A stretch of DNA of 32,000 nt from contig NZ_MPKA01000062.1 in NCBI RefSeq assembly GCF_001945605.1, positions 30,001 through 62,000 of the forward strand. The letters run 5' to 3'. This document shows, piece by piece, positions 1-7,361 of this stretch; within the stretch, counting starts at the first letter, position 1, and the number at the start of each line of letters is the position of its first letter. Made by a program: the position numbers and the translations under genes. The notes under the pieces are model-generated. The model had not been told where the DNA came from and made no database searches. It worked only from the letters and a program-made list of their open reading frames with translations. This stretch comes from Dubosiella newyorkensis. GTDB lineage: Bacteria > Bacillota_I > Bacilli_A > Erysipelotrichales > Erysipelotrichaceae.

Positions 1-192
1 CACACTCACAAAAGAACATTTGATCAATGCTTAGGAGATCAAAGCAAGGTAATCGAACCAATTAATTTATTGATCCACCACCCTGAAAAATTCCGTGAGC
101 CCGAATATAAAATTAAAGATTGGCCAAAACTTGGTCTACTTGATTTGTTAAACTACCTGATTAAAGAAATTTCTGGCCAAAATGCTATTTAG
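1..192 (+). CDS. 3' end of an unidentified CDS entering from the left edge (63 visible codons, ...KDWPKLGLLDLLNYLIKEISGQNAI*)
   Basis: Frame 1 is open from base 1 to TAG at 190-192. It ends 32 nt before the methyltransferase ATG on the same strand, so it is probably co-transcribed. The visible 63 aa show no recognisable motif. Confidence 0.4.
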   Translation, partial: HTHKRTFDQCLGDQSKVIEPINLLIHHPEKFREPEYKIKDWPKLGLLDLLNYLIKEISGQNAI

Positions 193-224
193 CGTTTATC
201 CTTATCACGAGGAGGGTGAAAAAA

Positions 225-1094
225 ATGAATAATTCACCACTAAGATATCCTGGAGGAAAACATAAGCTGTTCCGTTTTGTCCAGCAGCTCATCAAAGAAA
301 ACGGCTGCATAACATATATTGAACCTTTTTGTGGGGGTGCTGCAATAGCTTTAGAACTATTGAGAACCAACACTGTACAAAAAATCATAATGAACGATTT
401 GGACCGCGGCATCTATCTAATGTGGAAAATGATTCTGGAAAGACCTGAAGAATTAATTGAAAAAATGGACAAAACAGAAATCACGTATGCAGAGTGGGAA
501 CACCAGAAATGTGTTCGAGCTAATTTGGAAGAGCATTCCGATCTTGATATAGCGTTCTCTACCCTTTTCCTTAATAGGACTAATCGCTCAGGAATCATCG
601 ATAAAGCAGGCCCTATTGGGGGTAAAAAACAGGATGGGGCTTATAAGATCGGCTGTCGATTCAATAAGGAAAAACTGGCCAAAAAAATCCGTTTAATCCA
701 TTCAATGAGGAATAGTATTAGTTTGTATAATTTGGATGCCCGTGATTTCTTAGAAAAAGTCGTTGCTAAAGAAAAAAACGCATTTACGTTTTTCGATCCA
801 CCCTATTTCCATAAAGGGCAGGAACTCTATTCAGATTTTTTAGGGTCTGAAGACCACCAGCAGCTTGCCACGCTCATAGTTGATCATCTTAGGCATGAAA
901 AATGGATTGTTACATATGATAATGTCCAGGAGATCAAGGATTACTATTCACCAGTCAATGGGTTCGAGTACAGCCTTCAATATACGCTGCAAGAGAAGAG
1001 AAAAGCCACAGAATTGATATTTTTTTCGCCTGATGTAAGAATTCCTAAGTTGTCAAAATATATACATTTCATAGGTAAAACTCCCTTTCGATAG
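225..1094 (+). CDS. Dam-family (D12 class, alpha-type) N6-adenine DNA methyltransferase
   Basis: The N-terminal LRYPGGKHKL resembles the Dam KWAGGK motif. The AdoMet motif I is EPFCGGAAIALEL (FxGxG) and catalytic motif IV is FFDPPYF (DPPY), in the order I...IV. I prefer the ATG at 225, which lies 9 nt after AGGAGG at 210-215, over the GTG at 216 used in the ORF track. Confidence 0.85.
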   Translation: MNNSPLRYPGGKHKLFRFVQQLIKENGCITYIEPFCGGAAIALELLRTNTVQKIIMNDLDRGIYLMWKMILERPEELIEKMDKTEITYAEWEHQKCVRANLEEHSDLDIAFSTLFLNRTNRSGIIDKAGPIGGKKQDGAYKIGCRFNKEKLAKKIRLIHSMRNSISLYNLDARDFLEKVVAKEKNAFTFFDPPYFHKGQELYSDFLGSEDHQQLATLIVDHLRHEKWIVTYDNVQEIKDYYSPVNGFEYSLQYTLQEKRKATELIFFSPDVRIPKLSKYIHFIGKTPFR

Positions 1095-1195
1095 TACCAA
1101 TAGTTTATTGGATATAGGGAAACAGGAAGGTTAATAATATTTCAGACACCGATATTGTCATAATTGGCTTTATTATCAAAAAAGGATGTGATGGA

Positions 1196-1456
1196 ATGAC
1201 ATATGAGGATTTTTTAAGATTTAATCAAATTAGTGTTGTTTTTGAACCGCTTCCTTATTCGATCAAGGGCTTCTGCAGGAAGAAGGGCGAATGGATCGTG
1301 ATCGTACTGAATGCCCGCTGCGATCTGGCTGAACAGAGGCGTGCGCTTGATCATGAGCTTGCCCATGCGCTGAATGGTCATTTGGATATGTACGACTATG
1401 AAGAATGCGAGAGTGCTGTTGCTTTTCAGAGCGGACAACGGAAAAAGAAAGGATGA
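1196..1456 (+). CDS. Short ImmA/IrrE-like (M78-type) HEXXH metallopeptidase-domain protein, 86 aa
   Basis: It carries a HELAHALNGH zinc-binding-type motif preceded by the usual hydrophobic strand (WIVIVLNARCDLAEQRRALDHELAH). It sits immediately upstream of the integrase with a 6-nt gap, as immA does in ICEBs1-type modules. Only 29 aa follow the HEXXH, so it is much shorter than canonical ImmA. Confidence 0.5.
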   Translation: MTYEDFLRFNQISVVFEPLPYSIKGFCRKKGEWIVIVLNARCDLAEQRRALDHELAHALNGHLDMYDYEECESAVAFQSGQRKKKG

Positions 1457-1462
1457 ACAAGG

Positions 1463-2623
1463 ATGCCTGTCTATAAAGATGAAAAACGGGGGACTTGGTA
1501 TGTCGATATCCATTATACCGATCAAAACGGAAAAAGCCGACATATAACGCGTAGAGGGTTCAAAAGAAAAGGAGATGCCAAAGCGGCTGAAGAGGATATT
1601 TTGAGAAATCTGGCGGATAATCTTCCCTCTTCAATGACTCTCGATGAACTGGTTGATCAGTTCAACAAAAACTATGCGATCGAAGGAATAAAAGAGTCGA
1701 CAATGATCAGTAATTATTCGGTCTATAAGCAGCATATTCATAAGCAGCTCGGTTCCACAAAGGTCAAGAGCATCAAAGCTAAAACTGTAATGGACTGGAT
1801 GAGCGATCTAATCGCCAAGGAAAAACCGGACGGAAAAAAATATTCAGAAAATACAATCAATAATACGAAAATGACTTTATCGACGTACCTGAGCTATGCC
1901 GTCAAATTGGAGATCTTAGAATCCAACCCATGCCACAAGGTTAAAAAGTACAAAGATCAAAGCCATATGAGCCCAAAAACGGATGCGGAAATCAATTTTT
2001 GGTCTCAGACAGAGTTCAATAAATTCTATGATGCGATAGACGATACGTTTTGGAAAACTGTCTTTTCCTTTCTTTGGGAAACAGGAGTTAGAAGAGGAGA
2101 GCTCATCAGCCTTCAATGGCAGGATATAGAGTTTGAAAAAAGAACTATTATGATCAGGTCTACAGCTACGAATAAGACTTCCAAAAAGGGGATCATAAGA
2201 ACATCTCCAAAAACGAAACGATCGAACCGAAGAATAGATATGACTTCCTCTCTCGAAGCCGCTCTTTTGGATAGGTTCCGGAATGAACAAACAAAAGATG
2301 GCTTCTGCTCAAACTGGTATGTTTTTGGAGACTTTAGGGCGCTGTCTCCGACCACATTAAAAAGGAAACATGATCAATACACAGAAGCAGCAAACGTTAA
2401 ACATATAACCTTGCACGGATTTCGACATAGCCATGCAAGCATTATGATCATGAACGGCATGCCAGATCAGCTGGTCGCCGATCGACTAGGACACTCTGTA
2501 GAGACTCTGCATAAAGTTTATACCCATATCTATGAAGAACAAAGAGTGTCGTTTAAGGAAGCGCTGAATAAAATTTATAATATAAATTCCTCACAGCTTC
2601 CTCACGACTGCTTTTTGGGCTAA
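1463..2623 (+). CDS. int: Tyrosine site-specific recombinase / phage-type integrase
   Basis: It has an N-terminal arm-binding-type region (MPVYKDEKRGTWYVDIHY...) and a core-binding domain. The catalytic signature is present: ETGVRRGEL (Arg I), HGFRHSHAS (His-x-x-Arg) and LGHSVETLHKVYTHI (His...Tyr). It lies 80 nt from a tRNA 3' end. Confidence 0.9.
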   Translation: MPVYKDEKRGTWYVDIHYTDQNGKSRHITRRGFKRKGDAKAAEEDILRNLADNLPSSMTLDELVDQFNKNYAIEGIKESTMISNYSVYKQHIHKQLGSTKVKSIKAKTVMDWMSDLIAKEKPDGKKYSENTINNTKMTLSTYLSYAVKLEILESNPCHKVKKYKDQSHMSPKTDAEINFWSQTEFNKFYDAIDDTFWKTVFSFLWETGVRRGELISLQWQDIEFEKRTIMIRSTATNKTSKKGIIRTSPKTKRSNRRIDMTSSLEAALLDRFRNEQTKDGFCSNWYVFGDFRALSPTTLKRKHDQYTEAANVKHITLHGFRHSHASIMIMNGMPDQLVADRLGHSVETLHKVYTHIYEEQRVSFKEALNKIYNINSSQLPHDCFLG

Positions 2624-2665
2624 AATCAGCAATAACAATTCACCCGATTTTCCTTTATATAAAGC

Positions 2666-2690
2666 AAAAAACCGCATTTCTGCGGTTTTT
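2666..2690. terminator. Bidirectional rho-independent terminator between int (+) and the tRNA operon (-)
   Basis: AAAAACCGCA-tttc-TGCGGTTTTT is a perfect GC-cored stem flanked by an A-run and a T-run, so it can terminate in both directions. Confidence 0.7.
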
Positions 2691-2702
2691 AACTCAACTA
2701 GA

Positions 2703-2776
2703 TGGAGCAGATGACGGGAATTGAACCCGCGTATCAGCCTTGGCAAGGCTGTGTTCTACCATTGAACTACATCTGC
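2703..2776 (-). tRNA. tRNA-Gly (anticodon GCC), CCA encoded
   Basis: The reverse complement is GCAGATGTAGTTCAATGGTAGAACACAGCCTTGCCAAGGCTGATACGCGGGTTCAATTCCCGTCATCTGCTCCA. It folds as a cloverleaf with a 7-bp acceptor stem GCAGATG/CATCTGC, anticodon arm CAGCC-TTGCCAA-GGCTG and a T-loop TTCAATT. Confidence 0.95.
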
Positions 2777-2780
2777 ATGA

Positions 2781-2856
2781 TGGCGGTCCAGATGGGACTC
2801 GAACCCACGATCTCCTCCGTGACAGGGAGGCATGTTAACCACTACACCACTGGACC
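2781..2856 (-). tRNA. tRNA-Asp (anticodon GTC), copy 1, CCA encoded
   Basis: The reverse complement is GGTCCAGTGGTGTAGTGGTTAACATGCCTCCCTGTCACGGAGGAGATCGTGGGTTCGAGTCCCATCTGGACCGCCA. The acceptor stem is GGTCCAG/CTGGACC and the anticodon arm is CCTCC-CTGTCAC-GGAGG. Confidence 0.95.
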
Positions 2857-2878
2857 AATATTAGATTGAAAATAATGA

Positions 2879-2954
2879 TGGCGGTCCAGATGGGACTCGA
2901 ACCCACGATCTCCTCCGTGACAGGGAGGCATGTTAACCACTACACCACTGGACC
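2879..2954 (-). tRNA. tRNA-Asp (anticodon GTC), copy 2, identical to copy 1
   Basis: The 76-nt sequence is identical to 2781-2856. Confidence 0.95.
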
Positions 2955-2975
2955 AATATAATCTTATAATAAAGA

Positions 2976-3066
2976 TGGCGGAGATGGAGAGATTTGAACT
3001 CTCGCGCCAGTTTCCCGACCTATACCCTTAGCAGGGGCACCTCTTCAGCCACTTGAGTACATCTCC
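2976..3066 (-). tRNA. tRNA-Ser (anticodon GCT), long variable arm, CCA encoded
   Basis: The reverse complement is GGAGATGTACTCAAGTGGCTGAAGAGGTGCCCCTGCTAAGGGTATAGGTCGGGAAACTGGCGCGAGAGTTCAAATCTCTCCATCTCCGCCA. The acceptor stem is GGAGATG/CATCTCC, the anticodon loop is CTGCTAA, and it has a class II variable arm. Confidence 0.95.
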
Positions 3067-3106
3067 AAGAATTGTTTCGGTCGGCGCTACTCATCAGCGC
3101 TCACTT

Positions 3107-3135
3107 ATATTAACATAGACAAAAACTAGATGCAA
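3107..3135 (-). promoter_or_regulatory. Candidate sigma-A promoter of the Ser-Asp-Asp-Gly tRNA operon
   Basis: The minus strand reads TTGCAT-17 nt-TAATAT (-35 at 3135-3130, -10 at 3112-3107), about 40 nt upstream of the tRNA-Ser 5' end. Confidence 0.55.
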
Positions 3136-3140
3136 TAGAA

Positions 3141-3173
3141 AAAATAAAAAAAAGCGATTTTTTTCGCTTTTTT
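3141..3173 (-). terminator. Rho-independent terminator after the ybaN-like gene
   Basis: AAAGCGA-ttttttt-TCGCTTT hairpin embedded in A/T runs, directly after the stop codon at 3174-3176. Confidence 0.6.
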
Positions 3174-3542
3174 TTACTCCGATTCCAAAGTCTTGATTCC
3201 ATATTTAAAATAGAGAACGTGTCCGATCCAAACGCACACTAAGATCGCTTGACCAATCGGCACGTTTCCCATCATGATAAACCCTAAAGCCATTGTCATC
3301 GTGATGATCGCCATGACACGGATCTTCCCCTTGCGATGCATGCCCCGCTCTTTGACCCAGCTTTCTAAATTGTCTTTGTATAGATTTGTAGAAAGGAACC
3401 AATCATTCAAACGTTTCGAACTTCTTGCGAAACCAAAAGCCGCTAACAACAAAAACGGAAAAGCAGGAAGTAAAGGCAAGAGTGCGCCTAGAACACCTAG
3501 ACCTAGACCAATAAATCCAATCAATAAATACGCTATTTTCAT
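3174..3542 (-). CDS. YbaN/DUF454 family inner-membrane protein
   Basis: LGVLGALLPLLPAFPFLLLAAFGFARSSKRLNDWF is the hallmark N-terminal YbaN motif. The protein is 122 aa with predicted TM helices. Its ATG overlaps the upstream stop (ATGA). Confidence 0.85.
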   Translation of the reverse strand: MKIAYLLIGFIGLGLGVLGALLPLLPAFPFLLLAAFGFARSSKRLNDWFLSTNLYKDNLESWVKERGMHRKGKIRVMAIITMTMALGFIMMGNVPIGQAILVCVWIGHVLYFKYGIKTLESE

Positions 3543-3871
3543 ACATTTCCCCTTTTTTTAACTTTCTTCTTTTTCCAATTTTCTTTCATCGAGATATAGC
3601 CATGCTTGAAAACAAGCAAAGGATGACGAAATATCAAGCGCGGTCCCGAATAACGCATCACTTTCCGGATCTCTTCCCGCATCTCTTTTTGATAACAATG
3701 AACTTGGCAAGCCGAACAAAACGTTTTTTGCTCCATAAACGGGCAAACGAGGATCCTCTTTTTCGCATATTCGATCAAACGCTCAGGATCGCCTTCATGA
3801 CTACGATAATAGAGTTCGATCATTTCGCTAACGAGCCGGATCTCGTGCTCTCTTTTATCTTCGATCTTCAT
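3539..3871 (-). CDS. YgbA-like 'nitrous oxide-stimulated promoter' family Cys-rich protein
   Basis: CPFMEQKTFCSACQVHCYQKEMREEIRKVMRYSGPRLIFRHP matches my recollection of the family pattern CPF..K..C..C..HCY...MRE.I..VM...GPR....HP. It has ATGA overlaps with both neighbours. Confidence 0.6.
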   Translation of the reverse strand: MKIEDKREHEIRLVSEMIELYYRSHEGDPERLIEYAKKRILVCPFMEQKTFCSACQVHCYQKEMREEIRKVMRYSGPRLIFRHPLLVFKHGYISMKENWKKKKVKKRGNV

Positions 3872-5505
3872 GCTTTCCCCATCTCTAAGCGTAAATCGCA
3901 GTTTTGAAGCGTCGATTCTCGATGCGAAACTAAAATGATCGTTTTCCCATGTTTCGAATCATCGATCGACTTCAAGATGATCGCCTCATTCAAACTATCC
4001 AGATTGCTTGTCGGCTCATCCAAAAATAAGACTTTCGCCCCACTCAAAAAAGCGCGCGCCAAACCAATTCTTTGCTTCTCTCCTCCCGAAAGCGAACTTC
4101 CAAGTTCTTGAACCAAAGTTGAATATCCTTGCGGCAAAGAAAGAATGAAGTCATGAATATTCGCTTTCCGACACGCCTCCTCGATTTCTTCTAGAGACGC
4201 CCCTTCCTTTACGAAAGAAATATTCTTCTCGATCGTATCGTGAAATAGATGCGTCTCTTGACTCACGCAGCTTTGATGATCTCGAAGCGCGCTCGTCTGG
4301 ATTGTTTGGATCTTCTTTCCATCCACTAAGATCTTTCCTCGCTCCACATCCCAAAAACGCATGAGCAGCTTCAACAACGTTGACTTTCCGCAACCACTTG
4401 CTCCCCGGATCCCCAATACCTTGCCTTGTGGGATCTTGAGAGAAAAATCCTGCAGAACAAGATCTTCACCATATCCAAAATCGACACCATCGACCTCAAG
4501 ACGATCGAAACTCGGCTTTGTTCCCGTTTTGACTTCTTCGACGACCGCTTCCTCTTCAAGCAAATCCAGCAAACGATTTCCCGCCCCTAAAGTCGGTGCG
4601 AGTCCTGTTCCTAGATTCGAAAGCGCGATCACAGGACCAAAAGAAGAAATCTGTAAAAGCGGAGAAATCAGCAGCGCCTCATAAGAAATAAAACCATTTT
4701 GATACAACCAATACGACCACAAAAACATCAGCACCGAAAAGAAGAGGATCAGCGCATTGCTCATCGACAGACCAAGCCCCATCTGCTGTTTGATCTTCTT
4801 TTCTTCTTTGGCATGCCCTCTCGTCTTATCGATCAAGCCTTCTTTATACACGTCGGCCGATCCAAATTGAAGCAGATCCTGGATCCCTCGAACGCCCTCA
4901 AGCATCCTCGCGTTGATCATAGCGCTCTTCTCACGATAAGAACGACCAGCGCTCATCGTGGATTTCGATAAAAAATAAGGCAAAAGCCCGCCAATCGTTC
5001 CATACGCGATCAAGGCAAGAAGCGCTAAAGAAAAATGCAGCGACCCTTGCCATAAAACACAAATCAAAGAAACAAGAAACGCGATACAGACTGGCGAGAT
5101 CGTATGGGCATAGAACACTTCGAGAAGTTCCACATCGCTCGTGATCAAAGAGATCAAGTTTCCTTTTTCCTTCGTCTCCAATTTAGCAGGCGCTAACGCG
5201 CGAAGCTTTCGAAAGATTACATCTCGAATATGCGCTAAAAGCTTAAAAGCAATATAATGATTGCTTGCTTGTTCCGCATAGCGGAGCACTCCTCGCATAA
5301 AGGCGCAAAACACCATTGTCCATAGGATCGGTTGCCACGACTCATTGGCCAAGATCTTCAAGATCCCATATCCTCCAAGAATCGGAATCAAGATCGCAGC
5401 CATAAATCCAGCCACACCCATCAAGATCGCCATGATCACGATCCACTTCATATCGCCGACAAAACCAATCAAAGAAGATAAGATCTGAAAATTACTTCGC
5501 TTCAT
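3868..5505 (-). CDS. cydC: ABC exporter, fused permease/ATPase, CydC-like subunit
   Basis: A six-TM N-terminal half is followed by Walker A GASGCGKST, signature LSGGEKQRIGLARAF and Walker B VLFLDEPT. The TMD motifs (YAEQASNHYIAFKLLAHIRDVIF.KL..LAPAKL....GNLISLITSDVELLE..Y...ISP) parallel E. coli CydC. The start is set at ATG 5505, 7 nt after GGAGGA; the ORF-track start at 5562 lies inside cydD. Confidence 0.7.
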   Translation of the reverse strand: MKRSNFQILSSLIGFVGDMKWIVIMAILMGVAGFMAAILIPILGGYGILKILANESWQPILWTMVFCAFMRGVLRYAEQASNHYIAFKLLAHIRDVIFRKLRALAPAKLETKEKGNLISLITSDVELLEVFYAHTISPVCIAFLVSLICVLWQGSLHFSLALLALIAYGTIGGLLPYFLSKSTMSAGRSYREKSAMINARMLEGVRGIQDLLQFGSADVYKEGLIDKTRGHAKEEKKIKQQMGLGLSMSNALILFFSVLMFLWSYWLYQNGFISYEALLISPLLQISSFGPVIALSNLGTGLAPTLGAGNRLLDLLEEEAVVEEVKTGTKPSFDRLEVDGVDFGYGEDLVLQDFSLKIPQGKVLGIRGASGCGKSTLLKLLMRFWDVERGKILVDGKKIQTIQTSALRDHQSCVSQETHLFHDTIEKNISFVKEGASLEEIEEACRKANIHDFILSLPQGYSTLVQELGSSLSGGEKQRIGLARAFLSGAKVLFLDEPTSNLDSLNEAIILKSIDDSKHGKTIILVSHRESTLQNCDLRLEMGKA

Positions 5506-7219
5506 CTTGCGTTCCTCCATTGTACCGTTCCAAATTTTGCTGGGCGTTCCATAAACGAGCATATTCCCCTTTGTTTTTTAGGAGCGTTTCATGATCACCA
5601 ACTTCTTGGATCGCTCCTTCTTTTAGAACATAGATCCGATCCGCATCCATGCTGTTTTTCAAACGATGCGAGATCATGATGATCGTCTTGTCGTCTAGAT
5701 CTTTGACCGTTTGAATGATTTGATCTTCGCTTTCTACATCGACATTGCTTGTCGACTCATCCAAGATCATGACTCCACTATTTTTCAATAGCAATCTTGC
5801 CAGAGCCAAACGCTGTCTTTGACCGCCCGAAAAATTCGAACCACCTTCTTTGACAGGCGTCTGCAAACCTTCTTTTTCTTGAAATAGATCCGCGATCCCT
5901 GCTTGCTTGAGCGCGATCCACATTTCTTGCTCGGAAGCATCGGCTTTTCCCATTTTCAAGTTGATTCCTACCGTCCCCAAAAATAGTGAGGATGTATGTC
6001 CTAAATACGAAATATGCGGAGAATAGATGCTTGGCTCAATTTCACAGATCTCACTTTCATTCCAGCAAATCGAGCCCGTATTCGGCTGCAGGATCCCCAT
6101 CATCAAATGAGCAATCGTGCTTTTTCCCGATCCCGATTCGCCTACGAACGCGATCTTTTCCCCTTTCTTGATCGAAAGCGAAAGATTTTTTAAAATCGGC
6201 TTCTCTTCATACGCAAAGGAAAGGTTCTCTATCTTTAAAGAGGAAAAAGGCGCAAGTTCTTGGATCGGATGTTCTTTTTCTTCAAGATCGAGAAGCTGGA
6301 ACATCGTATCGCTGGCCGCCATTCCATTCATTGCGATGTGGAAATACGAACCAAGGGTCCGCATCGGAATAAAGAATTCAGCCGACATCAGAACGATGAA
6401 CAACGCTCCAAATAAAGTGATGGTTCCATTTTGAAAAGAAGTGAGCATGCTGATGATACCTGCCGCTGCACCACCGTATGCGACAAGATCCATGATTGAA
6501 ATCGAATTGAGCTGCATGATCAATACCCGCATCGTGATCTTGCGGAATTGTTCGGCTTCTTCCTTCATTTCTTCTTGTTTTCTTTCGTCCGCTTGATAGA
6601 TCTTCAACGTGCTCAAACCTTGTAGGTTTTCTAAGAACCGATCGCCTAATTGAGTATATTGGCCCCAATATTTGCTCAAGAGCTTCTTGGCGATCTTTTG
6701 CACAAACACGATCGATACGGGAATGAGCGGCACGCACATGAATAAGATCAAAGCCGCTTTCCAATCAAACCATAGCGTGATCAAAAATAATGTCAGCGGC
6801 GCGAGCAACGCAAAGAAAAATTGCGGAATATAATTGCCAAAATACGTTTCGAGTTGATCGACACCCTCGCTGCTGAGCTGAACGATTTGCGCTGTCGAGA
6901 ATGTTTTTAAATACGAAGGTCCGATCTTTGAAAGTTTTGAAAACAATCTCTCTCGCATCTGCTCTTTCACTAGCGAAGAAGAGGCGAAACTCATCTGAAC
7001 CGCGCGATCATTGCAGATCATACGAACGCACAAAGAAAGGATCATGATTACGAATACGATCCAAGAAATAGGTCGTTGTTCAATGGCTGAAGCGATCAAG
7101 TACGCGATCGACGCACTCAAGATCACATTCATTAATAAACCAAGCCACTGAAACAAAACATTCAGTCGAATATACTGAGCGCTTTTTGGAAAAGCTTTCA
7201 ATAAACGGATATTGATCAT
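5492..7219 (-). CDS. cydD: ABC exporter, fused permease/ATPase, CydD-like subunit
   Basis: Walker A GESGSGKST, signature FSGGQRQRLALARLLL, Walker B VMILDESTS. The TMD motifs YIPQ...W.AALIL...PLIP...FLENLQGLSTLKIY...FRKITMRVL...SAEFFIPMRTLGSYFH parallel E. coli CydD (YLPQ, WAAALIL, PLIP, FLDRLRGMETLRIF, FRQRTMEVL, APEFFQPLRDLGTFYH). Confidence 0.7.
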   Translation of the reverse strand: MINIRLLKAFPKSAQYIRLNVLFQWLGLLMNVILSASIAYLIASAIEQRPISWIVFVIMILSLCVRMICNDRAVQMSFASSSLVKEQMRERLFSKLSKIGPSYLKTFSTAQIVQLSSEGVDQLETYFGNYIPQFFFALLAPLTLFLITLWFDWKAALILFMCVPLIPVSIVFVQKIAKKLLSKYWGQYTQLGDRFLENLQGLSTLKIYQADERKQEEMKEEAEQFRKITMRVLIMQLNSISIMDLVAYGGAAAGIISMLTSFQNGTITLFGALFIVLMSAEFFIPMRTLGSYFHIAMNGMAASDTMFQLLDLEEKEHPIQELAPFSSLKIENLSFAYEEKPILKNLSLSIKKGEKIAFVGESGSGKSTIAHLMMGILQPNTGSICWNESEICEIEPSIYSPHISYLGHTSSLFLGTVGINLKMGKADASEQEMWIALKQAGIADLFQEKEGLQTPVKEGGSNFSGGQRQRLALARLLLKNSGVMILDESTSNVDVESEDQIIQTVKDLDDKTIIMISHRLKNSMDADRIYVLKEGAIQEVGDHETLLKNKGEYARLWNAQQNLERYNGGTQDEAK

Positions 7220-7361
7220 AACGATAGTTAGTCTCCTTTAACATTAGTTAGTTAAAGAAACTTTAGGAATCTTGCAAGCTTGTTCTTCGCTCTCCCACGA
7301 TTTCACAAAAAACTCAATCACTAGATTTGTGGTTTTTTCTTAACAGCGAAATAATAGCGAT

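Larger units (their letters stand above)
1..2702 (+). mobile_element. Terminal segment (integrase end) of an integrated prophage/ICE/genomic island inserted next to tRNA-Gly; the rest lies beyond the left edge
   Basis: The integrase reads toward, and ends 80 nt from, the 3' end of tRNA-Gly(GCC). The cargo is typical of mobile elements (ImmA-like protein, DNA methyltransferase). By eye this segment looks more AT-rich than the downstream core genes. The attR core cannot be delimited without the other end. Confidence 0.5.
2777..2959 (-). repeat. Tandem duplication of the tRNA-Asp unit (about 85-nt identical core, 98-nt period)
   Basis: Identity between the two copies extends 4 nt (atga) and 5 nt (aatat) beyond the 76-nt tRNA on either side. 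The spacers then diverge. Confidence 0.8.

Noticed and set aside
1097-1111. CCAATA-gtt-TATTGG hairpin right after the methyltransferase stop, considered as a terminator or att core
   Set aside because: The stem is a 6-bp AT-rich pairing with a 3-nt loop and no T-run. It is not repeated elsewhere in the window.
5506-5562. Longer cydC start at 5562, which would give a 71-nt overlap with cydD
   Set aside because: The ATG at 5505 is preceded by GGAGGA at optimal spacing, and the extra 19 aa have no counterpart in the family. Similar N-terminal trims were applied to 24544, 25910, 30844, 30964, 17176, 24557 and 216 on SD-spacing grounds.
7304-7340. CACAAA-16 nt-TTTGTG hairpin followed by a T6 run upstream of the AEC transporter; considered as an attenuator, riboswitch terminator, or CRP/Rex-type operator
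   Set aside because: The 6-bp AT-rich stem with a 16-nt loop is too weak for a confident terminator. The half-sites are in the wrong orientation and spacing for TGTGA-N6-TCACA or Rex boxes. The 3' arm doubles as the candidate -35 of the AEC promoter.
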